DNA of 37,717 nucleotides from a virus: IMG/VR virus record IMGVR_UViG_3300045988_011290, positions 1 to 37,717 of that record; one strand, 5' to 3'. Shown piece by piece: positions 22,061 to 31,441 of this stretch (position 1 is its first letter; each line of letters starts with the position of its first letter). The notes under the pieces were generated by a model. It saw only the letters and a program-made list of their open reading frames with translations, ran no database searches and was not told where the DNA came from. The position numbers and the translations under genes were made by a program.

Positions 22061-23263
22061 CTACGTTAATGGATTAGCTACAACATCACCAGAGCGTACA
22101 GCCTTGTAATTTGTATCGCACTCTACAACAGTGATGTGTTTTGTGGCTTCCGCTGTGATCTCGCTTACACCATCCCACTTGGTCCATCCTTTCACATCCA
22201 TGCCATAGGTTACATTAGTAGCCGCTGCTGCTACCTTGTACTTAAGGACATTGTTAACGCCCTGCTTTTCCTCTTTCACGGATACGGCCGTCTTTCCGCT
22301 TTCTGTGCCCTTAGATGCTGTCAAGGTCAATGTACCGAGTGTCTGTGTATCAGAGCCGCCTACGGACGTGTAAGCAATACCATCCTGGTACTCGCACATC
22401 ACACGGAGTCCCATGATAGCATAGTTGTCGCTAATCATACGGCTGTAATCACCCTCTGTATGGAATCCAATAAAGCCCGTCTCTGGATCAACCGTAAACG
22501 CCAGACCTGCCTGTGCAAACTCAGAGTCTCCAGGATTAACGTAGTAAGCTACCATGTTGTTAAGCGGCGTTGCAATGACAACATTCTCTGGAATCTCAGA
22601 TGAAACAAATACTACGTCTGCTCCCATAAAGTTTGTCATGTAGTCCATACCAAACGCTGTCTGCATGGTGATATCTGCCGCTCCAATGTATTTATACACA
22701 TCAAGCGTATTTACCCACACAGCAACTCCGGTAACAGAGCGGTGCATCTTTTTAAATTTGTCCTTTACTCGACCGATGGACATTGCTACAGCCATCTGCC
22801 AAGTAGATTCGTGGCTTACCAGTGACCCTGCTTTTAACTGGTTGTACAGCTTATTCAGCACAACCAACTGGAGGTCAGACTTAAACTCTTCGTCGGTTGA
22901 CTCTACCGCCGCATCATATCCCTTATCTGCGATAGCCTCTAACGATACACCTTTTCTAAATTTCTCCACACGGATTGTTCCGAGTGACTCTTCCACGGCA
23001 TTGTACTGGCTCATCGGGATCTCTTCTCCCTCGCCTACATCTCCGCTCTGCAATGTGCCGGATACCTTTTTAACTTTCAATTCTGATCCGTTCGCTTTCT
23101 GGATCATTCTGGTGATTCCCAACAGATCAAGTAATGACTGGAGATTTTTTCCAAACGATGTAACGAAGTCGATCTCCCTTGCCTTAACCTTAATCTGTGC
23201 CCTTCCTGTCATGTTGTTAGGTGCGGCAAACGCCTGTAATCCTAATCTTGTGATATTATGCAT
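22061..23263 (-). CDS. Major capsid protein with a cleavable N-terminal leader and probable C-terminal Ig-like domain
   Basis: 400 aa after the scaffold gene. N-terminus MHNITRLGLQAF-AAPN carries a Prp-type cleavage motif. The C-terminal roughly 90 aa (TLTLTASKGTESGKTAVSV...VVECD) looks Big_2/Ig-like. Confidence 0.85.
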   Translation of the reverse strand: MHNITRLGLQAFAAPNNMTGRAQIKVKAREIDFVTSFGKNLQSLLDLLGITRMIQKANGSELKVKKVSGTLQSGDVGEGEEIPMSQYNAVEESLGTIRVEKFRKGVSLEAIADKGYDAAVESTDEEFKSDLQLVVLNKLYNQLKAGSLVSHESTWQMAVAMSIGRVKDKFKKMHRSVTGVAVWVNTLDVYKYIGAADITMQTAFGMDYMTNFMGADVVFVSSEIPENVVIATPLNNMVAYYVNPGDSEFAQAGLAFTVDPETGFIGFHTEGDYSRMISDNYAIMGLRVMCEYQDGIAYTSVGGSDTQTLGTLTLTASKGTESGKTAVSVKEEKQGVNNVLKYKVAAAATNVTYGMDVKGWTKWDGVSEITAEATKHITVVECDTNYKAVRSGDVVANPLT

Positions 23264-23278
23264 ATCTTCTTCTCCTTT

Positions 23279-23902
23279 CTACTGGAACAACTCAATGTTC
23301 TCTTCGATTAATCTTTTTCTTTCGGCTGGATTTTTTACGGCAATAATCTGTTCTTTTGTCATAGCCGTGTCTCCACCTTTTTTACGTGGTGTCTTGCCTT
23401 TCAAAGCTTCCTTAACTGCGTCCTGTACAGCTTCTTTGTACAGATCGGCGAACGCTTCAACTGCTTCTTTTGTACTGTCCGCCTCGTCTGTGACAAGGTT
23501 TTTCAGCAGCGCATCCGGGATATTGATGCCCTCATCCGTCAGCATCTGTCTTGCAGTCTTAGCGAGCTCAGAGCGTACACCCTGCTTCTTGTAGGTTTCA
23601 AGCTCGTCTCTCAGCTTCTTCATCTCATAAGCCTGTTTCTCTGATTCGGTCATTTGTGCAAGCTTTTCAGCCTCAGACAGCTTATCGTCAGTCAGTGCTT
23701 TCCATTTCTTTTCTGCGTTTGTCACCGCTGTCTTAATAGCCTTATTGACACGTCGGTCAAATTCTGCTTGATTACCTTCCAGCTTTAAAAACCCGTCAAA
23801 ATCGAGCGATTCTGGTTCATTGCCATCTGTGCCACCATCTCCGTCGCCTCCGTCGCCGTCACTGCCTCCGTCACCGTCTGCGAATAGCTGTAAATTAGCC
23901 AT
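23279..23902 (-). CDS. Scaffolding protein (DUF4355-like)
   Basis: ATG 23902 after GGAGAATACCA. N-terminus MANLQLF-ADGDGGSDGDGGDGDGG, then a helical, charged body (EKKWKALTDDKLSEAEKLAQMTESEKQAYEMKKLRDELE). Confidence 0.8.
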   Translation of the reverse strand: MANLQLFADGDGGSDGDGGDGDGGTDGNEPESLDFDGFLKLEGNQAEFDRRVNKAIKTAVTNAEKKWKALTDDKLSEAEKLAQMTESEKQAYEMKKLRDELETYKKQGVRSELAKTARQMLTDEGINIPDALLKNLVTDEADSTKEAVEAFADLYKEAVQDAVKEALKGKTPRKKGGDTAMTKEQIIAVKNPAERKRLIEENIELFQ

Positions 23903-24030
23903 TGGTATTCTCCAGCTTTTCATCATGTTCATATATTTCATTTCTTGTCCTTTCTGCCCCAGACCATTGCATTCGCCCCAGTCCATTGCTATCAAGTTTG
24001 TATAGTTTAACGACATTCCGGTCACATCAG

Positions 24031-24318
24031 TTACACTACCCGGACGTAATCCGGGAACTCATCAGCGATCATGCAGATGCCGATAAAAAAGGAATCCACC
24101 AGAATTCTTGATTCTTCTGAAAGATTCCCATAATTTATATTCGCCCATCCGGGTGATATATCGTATTTAATATCGTCAGATGTCAATTCTTCTAGCGATC
24201 CAACCAACGTCTGAGTAAGCGCCGTGACTCCGGCACAAACGATATCATTGCCGTATTCGGCGTATTCGGCGTGACCATCAACCGTTATGCCGTCCGGTCT
24301 AACATTAACCTCTATCAT
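24031..24318 (-). CDS. prp: Prp-family cysteine protease (ribosomal-processing protease homologue, DUF464)
   Basis: 95 aa. VDGHAEYAEYGNDIVCAGVTAL has the GHA...D(I/L)VCA(A/G)V(S/T) His/Cys dyad with 12-residue spacing, as in bacterial Prp. Confidence 0.75.
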   Translation of the reverse strand: MIEVNVRPDGITVDGHAEYAEYGNDIVCAGVTALTQTLVGSLEELTSDDIKYDISPGWANINYGNLSEESRILVDSFFIGICMIADEFPDYVRVV

Positions 24319-24367
24319 TGCGTCTCCTACTGCCTGTTTATCTCATGCTCTAAATAGCAATCAAATT

Positions 24368-25021
24368 CTACACGATAATAGCCCGATAACCTTTTGATTT
24401 TAACTCGCGCACCAGCTTCTTCGCGTTAGCTTTAGATTTAAATGCACCAACCTGAACCCGGTAAATCTTACTACCTGCAGTCTGCGTCTTGGTAGATGTA
24501 GACGTACCCACCGAAGACAACCCAAACGCCTGAAGGATTCCCTTGGCAATATCATCCATCCTAGCATTAAAAGTTTTGGCATCACTTGCATTGGTGATGA
24601 AACCACACTCAATCAGTCGGTACGGATAGCCTTTTGCGGCTGCACGTTTCGGGTTCGCCAGATCCGTTCTGCCTACAACAATTTGAGATCTGCCTGGAAA
24701 GATAGCGGAGATCATTTTCGCCAGAGCGTTATCATACTGATCAGCTTTATACTTTCCATTGATAATTACGTGTCCGCCCCTTGCAGATGCTGATGCGCTG
24801 TCCATGTGAAGCTCAATGATCTGGTAGTCCTTTGGAATGCTTAATTTGCTGATGCCATTATCCGCATACCAATTGCGGCTCGTATCTGCAATTGTGACAT
24901 TGCTTCCGCCCAGCGCACCGATACGTGCTGCCAGCGCTCTCACTCGTTCAGCTTCTGTGTATCCATTTCCGGTCGCTCCCGGATCACCGGCACCATGACC
25001 GGCTATGATGAATAGATGCAT
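24368..25021 (-). CDS. N-acetylmuramoyl-L-alanine amidase (Amidase_3-like) with C-terminal SPOR domain; probable endolysin
   Basis: MHLFIIAGHGAGDPGATGNGYTE...ELHMDSA...ECGFITN pattern. C-terminal YRVQVGAFKSKANAKKLVRELKSKGYRAIIV is a SPOR repeat. ATG 25021 follows AAAGGAG. Confidence 0.8.
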   Translation of the reverse strand: MHLFIIAGHGAGDPGATGNGYTEAERVRALAARIGALGGSNVTIADTSRNWYADNGISKLSIPKDYQIIELHMDSASASARGGHVIINGKYKADQYDNALAKMISAIFPGRSQIVVGRTDLANPKRAAAKGYPYRLIECGFITNASDAKTFNARMDDIAKGILQAFGLSSVGTSTSTKTQTAGSKIYRVQVGAFKSKANAKKLVRELKSKGYRAIIV

Positions 25022-25193
25022 AACATACTCCTTTCTGTAAGATGTCGCACATAAAAAGAGAGCCATAACGACTCTCTTTGATTGCTCTGTTTATAATTGA
25101 CTCATTTTTACATTAAGAATTGTCAGAAGACCCGTAGGTCTTGCTCGTATCTCCATGTATTCACCTCTGCTAGTTCACTAAAGCCACATTTAG

Positions 25194-27614
25194 TTAATCA
25201 GTTGATGTTTTGACTGATGTCATTTCATCATAGGTTGTAGTTTCAGTGGAATCTGTAAGTAAATCATTTTTGATAAAACTACATTGGTTAAATAGTTTCC
25301 AATAATTCTTCGTACCACCCGCAATAATTGATGGATATACATTTTTTAATCCACCACAATTTTTAAGAATTAAGCAACATGGCATCGGTCTATCTTCATT
25401 TTGGCTCCTCACTTGAATGTTTAAGTTATCAAACAGGCAATCAATACATTCAATTACTGCGCCTTTTGGACAAAGACCTTCTGGCTCGTATCTTCCATTT
25501 ATCCAATCATAAGGATATGTGTTATCATGCCATTGAATACCAGCATCATTTTGCGAGTTTAGGAATTTGCAATCCTTAAAAGTGATATGTGAGAAAATAC
25601 TTCCACCCATGCCAATAACAGGACCATTCTTTGGTGAGTAATCTCTACCGTGCCAATCAAAAATACAATTTTCAATATAAGGTGTTGAAAGACAATTACT
25701 TTCAAAATGTAAGCAATATCTCAGATTAGTTCCAACAAATTTAAAACCTTTAATTACAGTATCAATAGTTTGAGAATTTATGTGGAAAAAGCATTTATTA
25801 GTACAAGTATCGTTACTTATAGTGTCATATCCAACGCCGCCGTCCCAAATAAAAATACATTTTTCCGGATTGTTACTTTGGGACTTATATGTTACATATG
25901 ATTTTGCAATAACACCTTGATAGTCAGAGCCGTTCTGACCTTTGTATTTTTCTTGCAAATCCGTATATGTTCCATCTGCTACAATAATTTCATACTTATT
26001 CTTTTCAGAAGCATTAGTAACAACATCATTTGCCTTTAATACGGTGGCGTATGGTTTTTCTTTTGTACCATTGCCTTCTGTATCACTTCCAGTTGTTGCC
26101 ACATAAATCTTGTTGATATGTATTTCACCAAGTTTATCATCTACTTCATCTTTTGTGTAAACTTCGCCTTTTGTGTAAACTTCATCCTTTGTGTAAACTT
26201 CTAACCTATCAACAAAATCTGTTTTACGATAAGATAAATTTTGCCTAAATTCACCAGATACAACATTGATACTCTCAATAGATGTATCTAATCCTCCTTT
26301 ATAAAAACTCAAGCAAAGATATTTTGCATCTGTTGGAATTTTATAAAATTCTGCAACTTTACTCGTTTGCGTATTGTGAATAACATACGTGCTTTCAACA
26401 GGTGTAAAAGTTCCATCATTATTAACATATCTTGAAGCCCAATCTTGAAATTCACCGTATACGACCAACTTATTGCCTTCTATAGGAATCTTTGCCGTAA
26501 TATAATTCTCATTTATTTCTTTGGTTTCTTTTTCTACTCCAATAAAGTTCCAATAATATCCATCAGTGACTTCACATTTTTGTATGATACTAACGGATGA
26601 TATTTTTTCAGATACTTTATTTAATTCGACTAAGTCTTCATTTAGCGAACTAATGTCGGCTTTATTCTTCGCAATCTGCTCAACATTTGCCTGTATTTGC
26701 TCAGCTGATCCAATTTGCTCTTTTAACGACGCGTCTACTGTATTCGCCTGTTTTACCGTGGCATCTAACGCTAACTGCTTCTCTCCAGCGGATCTAATGG
26801 ATCTGTCTAATGCCGTCTTAGCTTCTCCGGCTTTCCCAATTGATGTATCAAGCTCTGTCTTTGCATTCCCAGCCGACTGTACAGCCTTGTCCAGATTTCC
26901 TTTTGCATCCGTGGCATTGCTGATAGCACCGTCAAGCTCTGTCTTTTTTTCGGTTGCATCAGCTATGGACTGCTTGATGCTGTTCTGAGACTCTTCTGTC
27001 TGGCTATGGATCTTCTGCAACGACTCCACTGTCTTGCTTTCAATTCCTCTCAGTGCGCTTTCTCTTTCTATACCGATAGCTGAGATTGCATTATCTCTTG
27101 CCTTTTCTACGTCTCCTTTGCTTTTCCCGGCGCTCTCGGCATATTCCTTTGCTTTATCCGCTGATTCCTTTGCTGACTTTTCAGCTGCTTCAGCACGATC
27201 CGCAGCTGCATTTACCGCATTAACAGCATCTTTAAAAATGCTTGGATCTATACTTGGGTCTTCTGACGGGTCTGTAGGCTCTGGCCGTGACTCTACCGGA
27301 AGCTGAATCATATACTTCGTATTGCCGAACCCATCACCAGAAAGATACACAAATGCGTAAATTGTATAATCACTTGTTGCCCCTTTGTTTTGCAGTAGCT
27401 CGTTTGGGATCTGCACTGTAAGCAATCCATTATTGCTTGTTCCAATCCTGTCCAGTGTATGACCGCCGCTCTGTTTGAGCGAGAACTGCACCTCTGTCAC
27501 TTTCGAAAACTCTTTCCCAGCAATCCTCAACACCTGACCGTAATCATACTGCCATAGCTTTTGATCTCTCCTGGTGCTTCTGCCAGTTAATTCGATGTCT
27601 ATAATGTTATCCAT
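25194..27614 (-). CDS. Fibre-like structural protein: N-terminal anchoring domain, long coiled coil, C-terminal beta-helix-like (pectate-lyase-fold) domain; candidate receptor-binding protein or depolymerase
   Basis: ATG 27614 lies 2 nt after the upstream stop. There are roughly 190 residues of Ala/Lys/Glu/Ser heptads. The distal part has recurring hydrophobic-x-C-x-F-x-x-N turns (IENCIFDWHG, FKDCKFLNS, IECIDCLFDN, LKNCGGLKN, FNQCSFIKN) typical of parallel beta-helix repeats. Confidence 0.55.
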   Translation of the reverse strand: MDNIIDIELTGRSTRRDQKLWQYDYGQVLRIAGKEFSKVTEVQFSLKQSGGHTLDRIGTSNNGLLTVQIPNELLQNKGATSDYTIYAFVYLSGDGFGNTKYMIQLPVESRPEPTDPSEDPSIDPSIFKDAVNAVNAAADRAEAAEKSAKESADKAKEYAESAGKSKGDVEKARDNAISAIGIERESALRGIESKTVESLQKIHSQTEESQNSIKQSIADATEKKTELDGAISNATDAKGNLDKAVQSAGNAKTELDTSIGKAGEAKTALDRSIRSAGEKQLALDATVKQANTVDASLKEQIGSAEQIQANVEQIAKNKADISSLNEDLVELNKVSEKISSVSIIQKCEVTDGYYWNFIGVEKETKEINENYITAKIPIEGNKLVVYGEFQDWASRYVNNDGTFTPVESTYVIHNTQTSKVAEFYKIPTDAKYLCLSFYKGGLDTSIESINVVSGEFRQNLSYRKTDFVDRLEVYTKDEVYTKGEVYTKDEVDDKLGEIHINKIYVATTGSDTEGNGTKEKPYATVLKANDVVTNASEKNKYEIIVADGTYTDLQEKYKGQNGSDYQGVIAKSYVTYKSQSNNPEKCIFIWDGGVGYDTISNDTCTNKCFFHINSQTIDTVIKGFKFVGTNLRYCLHFESNCLSTPYIENCIFDWHGRDYSPKNGPVIGMGGSIFSHITFKDCKFLNSQNDAGIQWHDNTYPYDWINGRYEPEGLCPKGAVIECIDCLFDNLNIQVRSQNEDRPMPCCLILKNCGGLKNVYPSIIAGGTKNYWKLFNQCSFIKNDLLTDSTETTTYDEMTSVKTSTD
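26143..26201 (-). repeat. 18-bp in-frame tandem repeat x3.3 (EVYTKD/EVYTKG)
   Basis: acttcatcttttgtgtaa / acttcgccttttgtgtaa / acttcatcctttgtgtaa / acttc. It encodes EVYTKDEVYTKGEVYTKDEV inside the fibre gene. Confidence 0.9.
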
Positions 27615-27615
27615 A

Positions 27616-27909
27616 TCATTCACCCCTAAACATCTGAGGATTATCCTCAATAAACATATATAGCGCATTGCAAAGCCGCTCAATTTGTTCTTCGCTTAAT
27701 TCGATTTTATACATCTCGTCAAGGGCGTGTAAACACTCATGCATCAACGTAGCTTCTTTTGCTTCTTCCGTTATGTCTTCGCGTAACGCAATCTCTTGCT
27801 CAAGATATCTGATCTCCCCCTGCAACTCCACTTCGCTTTCATGCAGATTCTGCTCTTCCTTTACTTTGTAGTGTTTAAATCCCACTTTTACTTCTTCGCA
27901 TAATGTCAT
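27616..27909 (-). CDS. 97-aa HExxH-motif protein (possible minimal zinc metallopeptidase or fibre accessory protein)
   Basis: TLMHECLHALDE contains HExxH. It sits between the MuF-like gene and the fibre gene, tightly packed (1-2 nt gaps). Confidence 0.45.
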   Translation of the reverse strand: MTLCEEVKVGFKHYKVKEEQNLHESEVELQGEIRYLEQEIALREDITEEAKEATLMHECLHALDEMYKIELSEEQIERLCNALYMFIEDNPQMFRGE

Positions 27910-27910
27910 A

Positions 27911-28849
27911 TCACTGTCTCCTTAACCATTCTTCAAATTCTGTTCTGTCCATATATGCAACTGTGCTACACCGACAATTCGGATGCATCGGCGGCGCATT
28001 CTCTCCTACCGTCATATCTTTTACATTATACGTGTTTCCGTTCAATGCCTTGCAGATAGGGCACGCTGTTGGCTCTGCTATATATTCATACATTTCATAA
28101 CCGTTTCGCTCATATGACTCTTTCTGTGCTTCTGTTTGCACCCTAGCGAGCTCTGTCCGCATTAGCCTAACTGCATTCGACCTGCTAACTCCAAACCTCT
28201 TCTCTAAGTGCCTTGCCAGCACTCGTGGATTCCTGCCTTGTATCATACCCTCACGGAGTAGGTTATCAAGCTCACTTTTTAGCATTGCCTGATGCGTCCA
28301 TATCCTATCTGAGTAGGTTGCTACGTTAAATGATGCAGTTGCAATTTCTCCGGCTCTCTGTGATAGATCTTCTACGGCATTTCCTAATATGCCAGCCTGT
28401 CGTTCTAGCTCTTCTCTTGCCCTGTCTGTTAGTATCTGGCCCGTGTACTTGTCGAGCTCATCATATCCAGCTACAAGCTCAAGCCCTATATTCGCCTTAA
28501 GGAGCTCCAGACGATTAATCTTCATCGTGGCGTTGTACAGCCGCATCTCTTCATTTGCTTGCGCCGAGAAGTTCTTCTCCCGGACATACCGCTCAGCTTT
28601 TCGCTCATATTCGGCAATGTCTAACTGCGATACACGACGCTTCGCTTCTGCCATCGTGATTCCCTCGGCTTTTGCATATTTGGAATAAAAACCGTTAATC
28701 TCTTTCGTGATCTGGTCTTCCATGTATTTAAGGATCTCGTTGACTCTTCTTTCATATTCCTGTTCGGTCAGCTGATTCCTAGCAAGGTTCTCAGCCTCTC
28801 GCTTCGACCAGTAATCGCTACTGGTCAATGCCCTCATCTTTTTCGCCAT
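27911..28849 (-). CDS. Head morphogenesis protein (SPP1 gp7 / Mu F-like)
   Basis: ACPICKALNGNTYNVKDMTVGENAPPMHPNCRCS is the family hallmark. It follows the portal gene. Confidence 0.9.
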   Translation of the reverse strand: MAKKMRALTSSDYWSKREAENLARNQLTEQEYERRVNEILKYMEDQITKEINGFYSKYAKAEGITMAEAKRRVSQLDIAEYERKAERYVREKNFSAQANEEMRLYNATMKINRLELLKANIGLELVAGYDELDKYTGQILTDRAREELERQAGILGNAVEDLSQRAGEIATASFNVATYSDRIWTHQAMLKSELDNLLREGMIQGRNPRVLARHLEKRFGVSRSNAVRLMRTELARVQTEAQKESYERNGYEMYEYIAEPTACPICKALNGNTYNVKDMTVGENAPPMHPNCRCSTVAYMDRTEFEEWLRRQ

Positions 28850-30161
28850 CTCCGATACCTCCGAACATTCTGTTTGTGACTATATCTTCTTTGCGCTTCT
28901 GATCGTCGGCTTGCATCTTCTCAATCTCTTTCGCTACATTATCAACGATAGACAACACGCTCAACTGAGTGTCTTGTGATACAATGCCGTCAAGATCTCG
29001 TGCGATCTGCGCTTCTTCTTGTACGTTTGCCGGGAAATTCGGCGTGAAATGCGGATGCACTTTAATCCAATCATCTGTGCGCATTCCGCTTACCGGGTTG
29101 GAAAAAATCAACTTGTATCTGCGGTTCATGCCAGATGCAAACTTACGTTCTTTTGTCTTTTCCAGATTGCTCATGGCAAGCATCTTATATCTCATTGCGA
29201 TGCCAGAGCTAGTGCCAAAACTCTCCTCCGACATATTCGCGACCATGCTTATCTGGAAGATAAGCTTCTCAAGTCTGTCTATCAGATGCTCCTGTGTAGT
29301 GTCTCCGTTCGGCTTTTGCAAAAAGTCAACGATAAGCTTCTCAGTGTCGCCCTCGAAGTTAATCACACGATCATCCCGGATATGCTTTACATCATCGTCG
29401 CCAAGCTTTGCGCCGAGTATCTTTAAATACGCATCGGCAAAGTAATCAACATCATTCGCCTTTTCGCTGATTGCTTTGTTATAGGCGTTAATCATAGATA
29501 ACACTGGCTCAAAGATTCCGAGTTGCTCTTCGTTTTCCACATACTCTGTCGCTGGGACTCCATCAAATCCATGCTTGTGTTCTTCTGCACTCCAAACGAT
29601 TTGCCCTTTTTGAGTAAACCAGCGGACTGAATTGTCGTCCGATATACTTCCGTGCAACACACCATTTTTATCCTTGTATAGTCTCACAAAGTATAGCTCT
29701 CTCTGCAAAACACTATCATCGTAGATCATAAAAGACTCCATCGGATCAAGGTATGTAATGCCAATGTTCCCGGTCTCATCCACGTAGTACATTTCGTAGC
29801 CACGTCCGTAGATGCTGCATATCTTAGCTAACTCAGCGTTCTTGTCGTCCATGTCGTTGTACTGGTCTACGAGCTCTACGTATTTCTCGACTGATTCATT
29901 TCCATCATCCACGACCGCCTTCACTGGATGCCCAGCGAAAAATCCGTTCATCGTATCAACAATGTACTTGGCAAAGTTCACGGCAATACGGTTGTCTGGC
30001 TTCCATTTCGGCTTGTCTTCTTGGTTAAATATCGGATAATCTGTGTTATATGCGTTCTGTAGGTCTTTTAATCTGCACGTAACCTCTTTATCATGCTCTA
30101 CAATAAACTCCGCTAACTTGGCATCTGTCAGTTCTTCGTTGTCATCTAAGCGGTATATCAT
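28818..30161 (-). CDS. Portal protein (SPP1 gp6-like)
   Basis: 447 aa immediately after TerL (1-nt overlap). N-terminal L.NAY...YPI........KPDN.I.VNFAKYIVDT..GFF.G.PV pattern of SPP1-type portals. Confidence 0.85.
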   Translation of the reverse strand: MIYRLDDNEELTDAKLAEFIVEHDKEVTCRLKDLQNAYNTDYPIFNQEDKPKWKPDNRIAVNFAKYIVDTMNGFFAGHPVKAVVDDGNESVEKYVELVDQYNDMDDKNAELAKICSIYGRGYEMYYVDETGNIGITYLDPMESFMIYDDSVLQRELYFVRLYKDKNGVLHGSISDDNSVRWFTQKGQIVWSAEEHKHGFDGVPATEYVENEEQLGIFEPVLSMINAYNKAISEKANDVDYFADAYLKILGAKLGDDDVKHIRDDRVINFEGDTEKLIVDFLQKPNGDTTQEHLIDRLEKLIFQISMVANMSEESFGTSSGIAMRYKMLAMSNLEKTKERKFASGMNRRYKLIFSNPVSGMRTDDWIKVHPHFTPNFPANVQEEAQIARDLDGIVSQDTQLSVLSIVDNVAKEIEKMQADDQKRKEDIVTNRMFGGIGDGEKDEGIDQ

Positions 30162-31441
30162 TATAGTCCTCCTTTCAGGATACTATTCCTGTTTAATTTA
30201 GGTCTGTCCGTAATGCTTCGGATCAGACTGGCTGCGCTATCCGGCGAGTCATCGTGCTCAGCGTGTTCGCTGTATTCCAGAATCTCATTGATATATTCCG
30301 GATCCGTATCTTCCAGCCACCAGATACGCGACCACCACTTTCTTAAGTAGGTGGATATCTTGATATATTTATTCATGCTTTCGTGGTATCCGTGTTTCGG
30401 GAGCCCCATGTTCCCAAGCTCTTTGATCAGATATCCCTTATCTGCATTCTTCTCGTTCTCAATCGTTCCGGCTCTGTACAGTGTGTGAAGTGCCTTTATC
30501 TCTCCCAAGCAGTCATCCACGTGTTTCTCCCACCGCTTTCCAAATCCAATAATTCGGCCGTCCGGCAACATCTTCATGACCGTAAATGCCGTTCCGTCAG
30601 AGCCATCGTAAGCCGCATCAATATGCGCCACGCCGTTATATATCAATGTTGGATCAGATACAAACTGCGGATGCTTAAACATCGTGTCGCTATCTGCTAT
30701 ATGTTTGAGCTCGTAGTTAGCGGCAAACAGGCTGTCTGTCATGCTGTTTCTCAACCGCTCTAGCGTTTCTCTGTCGATTAATCCTGTGCTGTAACAGTCG
30801 TACCTCTTAACATTCGGCATGAGTGATATAGCATCGTCCTTATGCCACGGCGTTCCAGTGTTGATAAATCGTCCACCGCGGTTCTTAACGTTCTGGAGCT
30901 CCATGTATTGCGTTTTTGTCTTCTCACGCTCTGCCCGGCTAACACGGTCCTTAACATTGACAATGTCATCAGTAACCACAATGTCTGCGTGCTTTCCTGT
31001 GATAGATGTTCCGATACCGAGTCCAACTACCTGTGGCACTCCCTTTGTAGATGTATTAAGGTTTGTATCGATCTCGGAAGTAGTCTCTCGCTCAAATACC
31101 AAGTCTGTGCCGTACAGTGTGTTTACAATATCTCGCAGTGCTCCGCTCCTCAGTATCTTTTGCGACTGTTGGATTACCTCTGTCACGTCATCATCCGTCT
31201 TACGAAAAAACATGACGTTCTCCGTCGGTGATATCACTGTGTGGAGCGCAAGGAATAAAGATAAATCTGTTGTCTTATACGACCCACGGTGCGCGAGTAG
31301 TGTCTGGTCATCGTCCGAATACAAAAAAGACCTCAACCACTCGTTGTGTAGAGTAGTAAGGTCTTTAAATCCCACCCAGTGCCCTATCAGATAAGGCTCG
31401 TCATACAGTAGGTCAAGTATTCTTTTTTTGTCGGCGTTCAA
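30161..31441 (-). CDS. terL: Terminase large subunit
   Basis: Walker A-like AHRGSYKTT, Walker B DIVVTDD, coupling motif NTGTPW. Nuclease acidic motifs HIDAAYDGSDGTAF and HDDSPDSAASL. Confidence 0.9.
   Translation of the reverse strand: MNADKKRILDLLYDEPYLIGHWVGFKDLTTLHNEWLRSFLYSDDDQTLLAHRGSYKTTDLSLFLALHTVISPTENVMFFRKTDDDVTEVIQQSQKILRSGALRDIVNTLYGTDLVFERETTSEIDTNLNTSTKGVPQVVGLGIGTSITGKHADIVVTDDIVNVKDRVSRAEREKTKTQYMELQNVKNRGGRFINTGTPWHKDDAISLMPNVKRYDCYSTGLIDRETLERLRNSMTDSLFAANYELKHIADSDTMFKHPQFVSDPTLIYNGVAHIDAAYDGSDGTAFTVMKMLPDGRIIGFGKRWEKHVDDCLGEIKALHTLYRAGTIENEKNADKGYLIKELGNMGLPKHGYHESMNKYIKISTYLRKWWSRIWWLEDTDPEYINEILEYSEHAEHDDSPDSAASLIRSITDRPKLNRNSILKGGL

Noticed and set aside
25127-25142. 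Hairpin AAGACC-cgta-GGTCTT between the fibre and amidase genes as a possible terminator
   Set aside because: The stem is only 6 bp and has no following U-tract on the minus strand. The amidase gene must be co-transcribed with the late operon.
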